Positions 51,425-61,399 of a stretch of DNA of 64,000 nucleotides are shown here, piece by piece. Source of the DNA: a bacterium (lineage in GTDB: Bacteria > Hinthialibacterota > Hinthialibacteria > Hinthialibacterales > Hinthialibacteraceae). Within the stretch, counting starts at the first letter, position 1; each line of letters starts with the position of its first letter. Location of the stretch: assembly GCA_963662285.2 (NCBI GenBank), contig CAXXMV010000002.1, positions 576,001-640,000 of the forward strand, written 5' to 3'. A model generated the notes under the pieces. The model was given only the letters and a program-made list of their open reading frames with translations, searched no databases and was not told where the DNA came from. Made by a program: the position numbers and the translations under genes.

Positions 51425-53251
51425 ATGAAAATCCTACTTGTCAATCATACTTTTCCCCCGGAATCTTTAGCCGGTTCAGAAATCTGCGTCTTAAATACCG
51501 CCAAAGAACTGCAAAAACGCGGCCATGAGGTTGTGGTATTCTTCCGGGTGCATGATCCTTCTACTGAGGAATATGTTGTACGCCAAGCAGAATATGAAAA
51601 CATTCCTCTTTATACAATCAATCATACCTATCGTTTTGCTCAGACATTTCAGGATATATATTGCAACTCTGCCATTGCCGCCCGTTTCTCTTATCTATTG
51701 CATCAAATAAAACCTGATATTGTTCATTTTCATCATTTAACCAATTTATCCCTGTCACTAGTGGAAGAAGTACGGAATTATGGCGCCGCCGCAGTGATGA
51801 CGCTGCATGATTATTGGCTGCTTTGTCAGCGGGGGCAGATGTTAAAAAGAGACTTACGTCTCTGCCCTGGTCCATCTAAAGATAGATGCCGTACTTGTCT
51901 TGCCCCCCAGCTGCTGCGTGGGCGCACCCAACGCCTGGCATCGAAACTCTTATCTAACCCAAAATCACCCAAGAGCAGTGCAGATTTAATTGATTTATTG
52001 CATATACGCAAGGCGAAAATAGACGCGCCGGATAGGCGGTTTGTTTGTTTAACCTGCTTTAACATGGATGATCTGCCCAAAGAGACTTTGCAAGCGCATC
52101 CCCCAGCGGCAATCTCTTATGCCATTCGTATCGAGAGCGCAGCAACATTAGAAACCTCGATTGGCATGCATCCATCGACCTATGACCAAACAGGCCAGGG
52201 AGTGCGATTTGAGATTGAGCGTAACGGTCAGCAATTATTCGAGCATACTCTTAATCCTAAACTAAATCCGGCTGATCATGGTTGGCATAAGATTAGTCTT
52301 GAGTTGAGTCCATCTGAGGCGAAGGAGGATCGGTTGATCCTGCGGACTGTTCCGGAATCTACTGTGGATAATAAATTCTGCACAGCTGGATGGAATAAGC
52401 CGGTAATCCATTTAAAGAGCAAAACAACGGAAAAGGAATTGGCTTATCCGGTTAGAAATAAAGAAATTCAATCCCTGATTTTTAAGGGAGCGGAAATTAT
52501 CACTGATGTAGTGGCGGCGTTTTCTGAAAGGGCGTCAGAAGGGCTTCAACATCGAAGCAATTGGGTGCGCCGGGTGTGGGATGATATGGACATGTTCATT
52601 TCACCTTCACGTTTTTTGCGACATTTCTTCATAGATCATGGCTTGCCGGAGGAGAAGATTGAATTTTTGGATAATGGTTTCACTCCGATAGAACCAATTA
52701 TTAAAAAGCCTGTAGAACGGCCTGTTCGTTTTGGTTATATTGGAACGTGGATACCATCCAAAGGAGTGGATCTGGTATTACAGGCTTTTCGTAATGTTGA
52801 TCCAAAGGACGCCCGGTTGGAGGTTCACGGATTCTTCCCTGGATATGACGGCTATGAAGATTACGAGCAATATCTGCAATCGCTCAGCAGTCCGGCGGTT
52901 GAATGGAAGGGGCGCTATAAGCCCCATAAGGTTTATGATTTGTTAGCAGAATTGGATTGCTTGATAATGGCTTCAATATGGTTGGAGAATTCACCATTGA
53001 CCATTCATGAAGCGTTTCAAGCCAAGGTACCCCTTTTGACGGCGGATGTTGGGGGAATGGCGGAATTAGTGCGGCATGGCGGCGGCATGACGTTCCATCA
53101 TCGGGATGCAGAGAGCCTGGCGCATCAGGTGAAACGTATTGCAAGCAATCCGGCTTTATTAGACGACTTGCGCAACAGCATTCCAGGCGTACAATCGGTT
53201 AAAGAACATGTAGATCGTCTGCTGGAAATATATGCAAACCAAGTTAAATGA
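51425..53251 (+). CDS. Glycosyltransferase family 4 with inserted beta-sandwich domain
   Basis: TLHDYWLLC, FGYIG..KG and SIWLENSPLTIHEA motifs; ~140-aa internal insertion. Confidence 0.88.
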   Translation: MKILLVNHTFPPESLAGSEICVLNTAKELQKRGHEVVVFFRVHDPSTEEYVVRQAEYENIPLYTINHTYRFAQTFQDIYCNSAIAARFSYLLHQIKPDIVHFHHLTNLSLSLVEEVRNYGAAAVMTLHDYWLLCQRGQMLKRDLRLCPGPSKDRCRTCLAPQLLRGRTQRLASKLLSNPKSPKSSADLIDLLHIRKAKIDAPDRRFVCLTCFNMDDLPKETLQAHPPAAISYAIRIESAATLETSIGMHPSTYDQTGQGVRFEIERNGQQLFEHTLNPKLNPADHGWHKISLELSPSEAKEDRLILRTVPESTVDNKFCTAGWNKPVIHLKSKTTEKELAYPVRNKEIQSLIFKGAEIITDVVAAFSERASEGLQHRSNWVRRVWDDMDMFISPSRFLRHFFIDHGLPEEKIEFLDNGFTPIEPIIKKPVERPVRFGYIGTWIPSKGVDLVLQAFRNVDPKDARLEVHGFFPGYDGYEDYEQYLQSLSSPAVEWKGRYKPHKVYDLLAELDCLIMASIWLENSPLTIHEAFQAKVPLLTADVGGMAELVRHGGGMTFHHRDAESLAHQVKRIASNPALLDDLRNSIPGVQSVKEHVDRLLEIYANQVK

Positions 53252-53406
53252 CGAAATGGTAAAAAGTCAAAAACTGTTTTTATGACAACAATACTTAGTG
53301 GATATTTATAAGACTTATATACAAGATACTGTGTGAGTTTCGTCTTTCATCCACTTTTGCCGACTCATCAGTTAAATATAAAACCAAAGAAACGAGCGTC
53401 TTCGAG

Positions 53407-54174
53407 ATGGAAGATACTGTATACAACGCGTTCGCAGAAATATATGACGAAGTTATGCGCGATGTGGATTATGCCAGTTGGGCGCGCCACCTTGTCCGTC
53501 TTATCAAAAAATTTGATATTAATGTTGATAAGATATTAGACTTGGCCTGTGGTACGGGAGGCCATGCGCTGCAACTCTCTCGAATGGGATATAATCTAAC
53601 CGGCTTGGATCGCTCTACAACCATGTTGCGCATTGCCAGGGAAAAGCAGGTCAACGCTAAAGTTGAAGTGGATTGGCGTGAAGGCGATATGGATTCTTTC
53701 TCATCGATTGGATTAGATACTAATTTCGACCTGATTACATGTCTTTATGACAGCCTGAATTATATTTTGGAAGAGGAGGGCATCGAGCGTTGTTTTCAGG
53801 AAGTATATGCGCATCTGCGTCCCGGGGGTGCGTTTATATTCGATGTGACGACTGAATATAACCTGCTGCAAAATTTCTCCGGCTACACTTTCGCGGAAAA
53901 TTTTGAGAATGCCTCATATATATGGGAAAATGATTACGACATCGTCAGTAAAATTTGCTCGTCTAGAGTAACTGTTTTTTATCACAACAATGGATGCTAT
54001 GAAAAACATGTAGAAGTACACAGACAAAAAGTCTATCCCACGACTCTTCTGAAGAAACTCTTGCAGCGTAAGGGATTCACGGTGGAAGGCGTTTACCATA
54101 ATCTCACAGAAAAACCAGTTAAGCAGGAATGCGAGCGCATTCATTTCGTCTGCCTTAAACCAAACTCCAAATAA
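53407..54174 (+). CDS. Class I SAM-dependent methyltransferase
   Basis: LDLACGTG, DSLNY and LRPGGAFIFD. Confidence 0.92.
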   Translation: MEDTVYNAFAEIYDEVMRDVDYASWARHLVRLIKKFDINVDKILDLACGTGGHALQLSRMGYNLTGLDRSTTMLRIAREKQVNAKVEVDWREGDMDSFSSIGLDTNFDLITCLYDSLNYILEEEGIERCFQEVYAHLRPGGAFIFDVTTEYNLLQNFSGYTFAENFENASYIWENDYDIVSKICSSRVTVFYHNNGCYEKHVEVHRQKVYPTTLLKKLLQRKGFTVEGVYHNLTEKPVKQECERIHFVCLKPNSK

Positions 54175-54345
54175 GCCTAAAAACTTGTTGTTATACCTAT
54201 CCGAAAGTTAGTTACAAACCATATATCTCCGATTACTTAGTATATGCGAATTGTTCAAACGGGACATAATCGACATCTATCATGATTTATTGGATAAATG
54301 GCTTATTATATAATAGGCATGATTAGTTAGTTATGTATATTAAAA

Positions 54346-54965
54346 TTGTACATGAGGAGATATAAAATGATGCATAAAAATATTCTAGTAATATCAATAA
54401 GCATTTGCTCTGTTTGTTGTTCTTTTGCATCTGATATTAGTAAAAAATGTTATAAATATAATGATTTGATTGTGAGTTCCAGTGTTATTTTAGAGGGTTC
54501 GATAACAGAAAACTATTTCAGAATGAAAGAAGATCATGATATCCGTGAGTTAGCATCAAAGGGTAAATTGGAAAGATTTGGTATTAAGCCTGCAATGATT
54601 GAGGAATTTAATAATTTTATTTCAAAAAAACCAAGATCATATTCTATTGAATACACTTTCCTGAATCATGGATCTAGTTATTTAAATACTTTTTTCTATG
54701 CACCTGTCAGAACATTTGCACTGAAAGAAACTTGTGATGAATCTATCATATATGAAAATGTTAAATTCTCGTATTATCATTCAGATCGTTCTGTAAAAGT
54801 AGAAGATTTCGATAGCATAGATAAATATTATCGTTATAGTTTTAACCCAGTCGCTTTTGTTTATCCTCTTAGTATTGTTATTCCTGAGGAAGTGACGTTT
54901 TCTGACTTCAATGATGGGAAATCCATTATAGTGTGTAATCAAAGTTATATGAATAAAGACATATC
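54346..54965 (+). pseudogene. AT-rich exported hypothetical protein, apparently 3'-truncated (ORF runs on to 55086)
   Basis: Signal-like N-terminus; very AT-rich until ~54960, then the frame reads through the antisense of the opposing gene. Confidence 0.45.
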
Positions 54966-55437
54966 CATCTTTGTCGCAATCCCAGCCGGTGTGAGTCCCT
55001 TGTACATTACCATCAAGTACATCTTGAGTGTAGCTGATAATAACCGTATTTCTGGTACTGGTTGTTTGCGAACCGCTACTATTTAAGAACGTGCTGTTCT
55101 TGGCGGTGCAATCTCCACACTCCGGCGAAGCCGTTCCATACGAGTAAGCATACAAAGGTACAAATGGATCCCAACTGTCGCCAGAAGCAACTTGACCAAT
55201 GAGAATGTATTTAACCGTGTGAGGAGCCGAGTAGTAATCTAAAAATACGCTTTCATTATCTTCTGATTGAGCTACAATATAACCGACATGTTCCGCCCAC
55301 ATTACATACCTATCCGGCGTGTCGCAATCGGGCGGCGGTGGACAGGCGTTTATCGATGATACGCCAAAAGCAATAATTATGAAGAATGGAATTATTGCAA
55401 TAAGTGGTTTTCTTATGTCGATGTTATATAAACACAT
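54960..55437 (-). pseudogene. Cys-rich exported hypothetical protein, apparently 3'-truncated (ORF runs on to 54781)
   Basis: AGGAG RBS, signal peptide and CPPPPDC; overlaps the convergent ORF by ~300 bp. Confidence 0.45.
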
Positions 55438-55455
55438 AGTTGTTTTCTCCTTTTC

Positions 55456-55941
55456 TTAGTTGGATTGCTGATTGATCCGGTTTTGCTTTTCAACCCGCCG
55501 TCTCTCTTTCATGGCTTTGTACTCATCATCCATCCGTTTGTACTCTTCCATTTTGGCGATGGATTTTTCCAGGGCTTGGGCCATATCTAGACACTGCTTG
55601 AATTCGGGCGTGGGGTGAGGCGGGATCAGAGCGAAGACCTGTTTTAGAACCTCACGGGCTTCATCATACCTGGCGGACATAGACAGATATTTGGCTTTGA
55701 GGCGGAGAACGTGGGGCATGATCTCATCATAAGGCGCATTCTCAAGGATATCGTTCAGGTAATCCAACGCTAAGGCGACGTCGCGGCATTCAGGATTATT
55801 TTTCGACGCCGTATAAACCGCCTTGCTCATCAGAGCGCTGGCGCCGGTGATGGTATGGGGATAATAGTCCTGGAACAGTTGATCCCAGATGACGACGGCG
55901 TTCTGCCAATCGAATTTCCAGGAAAGGCTGTGGGCGTGCAG
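55456..55941 (-). pseudogene. TPR-like protein fragment, probably N-terminally truncated
   Basis: Helical-repeat pattern (RYDEAREVLKQV). Frame is open for 37 codons upstream of ATG 55830, up to the stop of the preceding gene. Confidence 0.5.
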
Positions 55942-57261
55942 TTACTGAACAATCTCCCAGTTATTAACCATGCTATCATAAACAATCGTTGTATTTTTAT
56001 CCTGGAATATTGGCAGCCCCTCTTCGCCGGGTTTGATGTCCTTCGATGGATCGCCCACGCCGCCCTGGCCGCCGATGGCTTTTACATTGGACAGGATAAT
56101 ACTTGAGTTTGTTGCGTATATACCATAGCCGCCATTGCCTGAATCCACTGGTAGTTGTGGATTCTCATCAATGTTGATTCCCATTTGCCCGCTGGCGCCA
56201 TCTCCTCCGATGCACTCTCCGCCCCGGATGGTTATGTCTTGGGAATTCATAATTTCTATTCCTGGGCCAGCTGGGATCTTTTTTCTGGTTTTTTTCACCA
56301 TTGGATATGGTTTGCTGTTGCCGATAGTTGCGCTTCCGTGCATATCAAATACAACATTAGAGCAGTCAGTAATTAATATTCCCGCCAATCCCTTATCCTC
56401 TTCAGTTGCTCTATCACATACTGACATCGTTATATGACCACAAGTAAGATATCCAGATTGTATGCAGGATCGTTCAATGTGAACTTTTGCATTGAGTATC
56501 TTTTCAAAGGTAATCGCTCTGGAGCCAATAGCGATGTCACGAATAATTTCCGAATCAGATATTCGAATATCGGGAGAATCATTCTGATATATGTAGATTG
56601 CGGAGATAGCGATTTTGTCCGCCAGAAATCTATAGGGATGATACGATATACGATAACTGTTACTATCGATGACAGAATCTTTTATTTCCATATCTCCCCT
56701 GACTTTGAAAATCCCTGTTATATGTACGTTATCCAATGTAAGTTTGCCTGATACTACTTGAATCGGCGCCATAGAAAAATCACTATGAGAGCAATCTATT
56801 GATGGACTGTAAAACGTTAGATTTTTGATCTCGACGAGAGAATTATCTACAACCAAGGCATTGTCTCCGCTCATGGGTGAAAGGCAAGAATATGGGCCGC
56901 TATGATGAATTAAACCGTTATAATGATATATGTCGTTATAATAAACAGAACCGCTTTGCGTAATCCTAACTCTTTCATTCGGTATTGTTCCAATAATGGT
57001 CAAGTCTTTATTGGTTATTACGATACCCTTGAACCGTTCGAGTAAATTTTTGGATAAGTCATTTTCTAATAAATCGACTGTGTCATGCTGGTTGATTTGA
57101 ATAACGTCCCCGCTGAAGGCCGCTTCAACTGCTTCCTGGATGGATGCATACTCTTCCGGTAGATTGATGACTCTGGCGTGGGCTGCCTGTAAACAAGCGG
57201 CGATCATGCATAATGCAATCAAATAAGCAATGCGATTGATGAGTGATTTCAGGATAAACAT
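55942..57261 (-). CDS. Secreted right-handed beta-helix (pectin-lyase-like) protein
   Basis: Signal peptide; VINLPEEYASIQEAVEAA..GD.I.I; Gly-rich GG.G turns; ends SMVNNWEIVQ. Confidence 0.7.
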   Translation of the reverse strand: MFILKSLINRIAYLIALCMIAACLQAAHARVINLPEEYASIQEAVEAAFSGDVIQINQHDTVDLLENDLSKNLLERFKGIVITNKDLTIIGTIPNERVRITQSGSVYYNDIYHYNGLIHHSGPYSCLSPMSGDNALVVDNSLVEIKNLTFYSPSIDCSHSDFSMAPIQVVSGKLTLDNVHITGIFKVRGDMEIKDSVIDSNSYRISYHPYRFLADKIAISAIYIYQNDSPDIRISDSEIIRDIAIGSRAITFEKILNAKVHIERSCIQSGYLTCGHITMSVCDRATEEDKGLAGILITDCSNVVFDMHGSATIGNSKPYPMVKKTRKKIPAGPGIEIMNSQDITIRGGECIGGDGASGQMGINIDENPQLPVDSGNGGYGIYATNSSIILSNVKAIGGQGGVGDPSKDIKPGEEGLPIFQDKNTTIVYDSMVNNWEIVQ

Positions 57262-57331
57262 AAGTCAATAATTCACCTTTGGATGCGGATAATATAAACG
57301 TCGTTTGTTTTATGAATAGTTCCAGACCGGA

Positions 57332-58375
57332 TCAAAATTTCCCGGTGCGGCCTTCGAAGTGGGTTGGTTTTTGGTGGATGGATTGGCCATTCCTGATCCA
57401 ATGGGCGATAAGGTCGATGACTTGATCGGTGGAGACCTGCGGAGGTCCGAATAGTTTTTGGGCTTGCGCTGCATTGTTTAATAGGGCGGTTGGTTCTTCG
57501 GTTCCTTCAAAGATTGGTTCTTTGTCGAAGCGTTGACCGAATTGTCGGGCGATCCAGCGGACGGTTAATGTTTCCGGTCCGGTGATGTTCATGATCCGCG
57601 TGGGGCTGGCGCATAGGTCGAAGCATTGCAGGGTCTGAGCGTTGGCGTCGCCCTGCCAGATCACGTTGACGTGTCCCATGGCTAGGGTGATTGGTTTATT
57701 GTCATATACCTTCTGCGCGATATCGAGCAGGACTCCATAGCGGGTTTCGACGGCGTAATTGAGACGGATAATAACTCCGGGAGTCCCGTATTGCTTGGAA
57801 AAATATTGAAACATGCGCTCACGTCCCAGACATGACTGGGCGTATTCGCCAACCGGTCCGGTGGGGTCGTCTTCGGTGGGGCCGCCGGATTCGACTGGAG
57901 TATAGGGATAAACATTGCCCGTGGAAAAAGCGACGATTTTTGAGTCTTTATATCTCTCCGCAACCAACGCCGGGAGATAAGTATTCATAGCCCACAGAAA
58001 TTCTTCATTCCCCATCGAGCCGAATTTCCAACCGGCCATGAAAAGAATATTTTCAGCATCAGGCAGAGAAGCCATAGCGGATGGATCAAGCAGGTCGCAG
58101 GCTATGGTTTCGATGCCGTATGATTCAAGTTGTTTACGCAGTTCAGGTTTAGAGAAACGGGAGACGCCTATTATACGGAGTGGATTATTGGATGCATCGG
58201 CGGCGCGTTTCGCCATCCGCGCCAGAGTCGGCCCCATCTTACCGCCAATGCCCAATACAAGCATCGCTCCTTTGAGTTTAGCGATTGATTCTATTGCGCC
58301 ATCCGTCGGCGTTGAAAGAATATCTTCCAGTTCTTCTTCATTGTTGATGGATTGGAGATTATCGTCTAAAAACAT
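57332..58375 (-). CDS. NAD-dependent epimerase/dehydratase family protein
   Basis: LGIGGKMG, FSTGNVYP, YAQSCLGRER and RLNYA. Confidence 0.88.
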   Translation of the reverse strand: MFLDDNLQSINNEEELEDILSTPTDGAIESIAKLKGAMLVLGIGGKMGPTLARMAKRAADASNNPLRIIGVSRFSKPELRKQLESYGIETIACDLLDPSAMASLPDAENILFMAGWKFGSMGNEEFLWAMNTYLPALVAERYKDSKIVAFSTGNVYPYTPVESGGPTEDDPTGPVGEYAQSCLGRERMFQYFSKQYGTPGVIIRLNYAVETRYGVLLDIAQKVYDNKPITLAMGHVNVIWQGDANAQTLQCFDLCASPTRIMNITGPETLTVRWIARQFGQRFDKEPIFEGTEEPTALLNNAAQAQKLFGPPQVSTDQVIDLIAHWIRNGQSIHQKPTHFEGRTGKF

Positions 58376-58769
58376 AAAATTGGTCTCACCGTTATACAGA
58401 TTATACGCTTACTCAATTGATCAGATTATATTGAAAGTATGTATAAATTCAGAGTTTTAATATAATCTAATAAACATTATAATATATCTATCTAAAAAAT
58501 ATATAGTTAATTTGAATATAATTTTCACTACGGTAATTGCAGTCTTTATGCTAATTTCAAGATAATATTTTTGAAATTCGAAAGGCGGCATAGACGTTAA
58601 AAAACTAAATCATGAATTCAGGGCTTCCTGATTTCGTTAGTTAGAATTATCAAATAGAGATATGCCAGAGCAAAAAATCAGCATATACTAAACTGAGATT
58701 ATTTACTGGTTTAAGCTTAGTGGTATTATCGATACTCTAACGTCGAGAGATATGAAATAATAGTAGTGG

Positions 58770-60212
58770 GTGATTGATGTGACGCATTTGTTAATAATCG
58801 GGGTTGGTCCTCTTCCTTTCTATGACGCCGACCGTTTATATGGTTTTGGAATTCGCGCGTGGCAGTTTGCGCAACCGCTGTTAGACGCAGGACATAGAAT
58901 CACTCTGGTATCCTGTGAATTCGGCGTGGAGCGTGAGAGCGCAATCCATATTAAGTATCGTTATAATCCATCGAAATGGGCGCCGATAGAACTTATCCCC
59001 GTGCCTCAGCCGGGTCCGAGAAACACGAATCTGATCTTAACCCGGATCGAAGAGATTATACGAACGCATAAACCAGAAGCAATAATCGCGGCAGGATCAA
59101 CTATAGCCACTAACCTGGCCGCCTATCTCAATACTGATCTGCCTATATGGATGGATATGTTCGGCGACCTTTTCGCAGAGGTGCAAGCCAAGACTCCATT
59201 CATGAATGCCGAAGTTGAGATCAACTTTTTCCACCAGATGTTAACCCGCATTCTCCTGAAGGGCGACCGTTTCTCTGTTGTCTCAGAAATGCAGCGTGGA
59301 GCTGCTATCGGTCAATTAGGCCTGATGGGTCGGCTTAACCAATATACTTTGGGCGATGAGATGGTGCAAACCATCCCTTGTGCATTGAATGGCAAAATAT
59401 CTCCCGTATCCAAAAAGCCCTATCTTCGCGGTAAGAATATCGGTCCCAATGAGTTTCTGGTTTTATGCAGCGGTGGATTCAATACCTGGACCGATGTCGA
59501 TACCATGTTTGAAGGAATCGAACGGGCTATGGAGCAGGATCGCCGGGTGCATTGCGTTGTAACTGGCGGCGGAATTAGCGGGCATCATGAAGATGGCTAT
59601 AAACATTTCCGTGGATTAATCGGTAAAAGCCCTTATGAGAGCAGGTTCCATCTTTTAGGATGGCTGTCGAATGACGAAGTCGACCAGGTTACTATGGAGT
59701 GCGATCTTGGTCTCAATGTCGATCTGCCTATATATGAATCTCTGTTAGGCAGCCGCAACCGTATGCTTTTCTGGCTGCAATGCGGACTGCCGATACTGAC
59801 AACCATAACTACAGAGATATCGCAGATTTTGGTGGAAAACGATCTGGCCCTGGGAGCGCCTTACGGGCAATCAAGACTGGTTGCTGATAAAATTATTGAG
59901 GCGGTTCAAAATCAACACATTCTCAAACGCCGGGCGCTTCGAGCCAAGAAATTTGGATATAAATTTTTAACTTATGATGAGACAGTGCGCCCCTTGTTGC
60001 AATGGGCTAAAGACCCGGTTAAAGCCGGAGACAATCAGGAACGTTTAATTCGGGGTGGTCAACCTTTTTCGCAAGTTGATCAGTTATGGCATACATGGGG
60101 ATTCCCGGAAAGCGGGAAAAGCAATAGCCTCAATCTGCCTCGTTCGCCCAAAGCGGTGATTAAGACGCGCCCGCGGGGGAAAAACTGGATACGCCGTTTA
60201 TTGGGTTCATAG
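58770..60212 (+). CDS. GT-B fold glycosyltransferase
   Basis: GIRAWQFA..L, LCSGGFNTWTD and R..L..GLPIL; adjacent to a GT2 gene. Confidence 0.7.
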   Translation: MIDVTHLLIIGVGPLPFYDADRLYGFGIRAWQFAQPLLDAGHRITLVSCEFGVERESAIHIKYRYNPSKWAPIELIPVPQPGPRNTNLILTRIEEIIRTHKPEAIIAAGSTIATNLAAYLNTDLPIWMDMFGDLFAEVQAKTPFMNAEVEINFFHQMLTRILLKGDRFSVVSEMQRGAAIGQLGLMGRLNQYTLGDEMVQTIPCALNGKISPVSKKPYLRGKNIGPNEFLVLCSGGFNTWTDVDTMFEGIERAMEQDRRVHCVVTGGGISGHHEDGYKHFRGLIGKSPYESRFHLLGWLSNDEVDQVTMECDLGLNVDLPIYESLLGSRNRMLFWLQCGLPILTTITTEISQILVENDLALGAPYGQSRLVADKIIEAVQNQHILKRRALRAKKFGYKFLTYDETVRPLLQWAKDPVKAGDNQERLIRGGQPFSQVDQLWHTWGFPESGKSNSLNLPRSPKAVIKTRPRGKNWIRRLLGS

Positions 60213-60245
60213 TGTTTGGAACGTTTCATAAAGAGAATATCTATT

Positions 60246-61310
60246 ATGCCGCTCGTTTCAATTTTTATTCCGCACCATAGAAATTCATTATTGCTTAAAC
60301 CATTGTTCACTTCATTGCTGGCTATGGATATGGATGCTTCTGAGGTGGAATACGTCCTGGTTGATAATGGTTCAAACGATGGTTCCATCGAGTATACCCG
60401 AAGCAATTTCCCCGAAATTAAAATCCTGTCGCTGGGGCAGAACGAAGGTTTCGCCCCGGCCATGAACCGGGCGGCGCAGGCCTATGAATCAGAGTGGATC
60501 TGCTTCCTCAACAATGACGTCCGGGTTGATGTTGACTGGCTTTCCAATTTGCTGCACGCCGCCAACCGGACCGAGGGCGACTGCCTGACTTCGCATGTGC
60601 TTGATTGGAGCGGGAAAAAGACTCAATTCGGCGGTGGTTGGGTTAACCTGTTCGGCAAAGGCTTCGAATCGAATGCAGTAGAAGAGATTTCTCCCTATGA
60701 GGTCTTTTTTCCCTGTGGTTGCGGTATGATGGTGCGGCGTGAGGTGTTCTTTTCCACGGGTGGATTCGATGATGATTACTTTATGATTTATGAGGATGTC
60801 GATTTTGGTTGGCGCCTTCAATTAATGGGCATCCCGGTTTATCTGGCGCCGGACGCCAAGATTATGCATAAAGCCCATGCATCACTGAACCAGATTCCAT
60901 ATAGTAAGAAAGCGCTCTATTACGAGCGCAATAGTCTGGCGACAATTTATAAAAACCTGTCAGACGAATGGTTGAAGATCATCTTTCCCCTGGCCTTGCG
61001 TGAAGCTGCGGTCAGAGCCAAAGGCATCGGAGGCATCGGCGTGCCTTTCAGTTATTCAGAAGATGGATTGGCCATTCTGGAAGCGGTTGAATCGTTTTAT
61101 GACAAGATGCCGAATTGGCGGGAAAAGCGTGAACTGGTTCAAAACCGGCGAGTGGTTGACGATAGTGAAATCTTCCGCAGGTTCTTCCCTAATCCCGGTC
61201 AGATGTGGGCTTTCTCTGAAGAACATTACAAAAGAATTCATCATCCCGCCATTCTCCCCACTCTGGAAGAAATATACCTCCGAGCCTGCGACGGCGTGAC
61301 CTCTTCGTAA
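60246..61310 (+). CDS. Glycosyltransferase family 2
   Basis: VDNGSNDGS, NEGFA, FLNND and GGFDDDYFMIYEDVDFGWR. Confidence 0.92.
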   Translation: MPLVSIFIPHHRNSLLLKPLFTSLLAMDMDASEVEYVLVDNGSNDGSIEYTRSNFPEIKILSLGQNEGFAPAMNRAAQAYESEWICFLNNDVRVDVDWLSNLLHAANRTEGDCLTSHVLDWSGKKTQFGGGWVNLFGKGFESNAVEEISPYEVFFPCGCGMMVRREVFFSTGGFDDDYFMIYEDVDFGWRLQLMGIPVYLAPDAKIMHKAHASLNQIPYSKKALYYERNSLATIYKNLSDEWLKIIFPLALREAAVRAKGIGGIGVPFSYSEDGLAILEAVESFYDKMPNWREKRELVQNRRVVDDSEIFRRFFPNPGQMWAFSEEHYKRIHHPAILPTLEEIYLRACDGVTSS

Positions 61311-61341
61311 TATAACACTAATTGTTTAATGAAACTCATGC

Positions 61342-61370
61342 GTAGGGTGGGTCGGCCTTATCGACCCACC
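61342..61370 (+). repeat. GTAG-type REP hairpin, copy 1
   Basis: GTAG-GGTGGGTCG-gccttat-CGACCCACC. Confidence 0.8.
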
Positions 61371-61399
61371 AAAAGACCACCCCCGATGCGCTATTGTCT

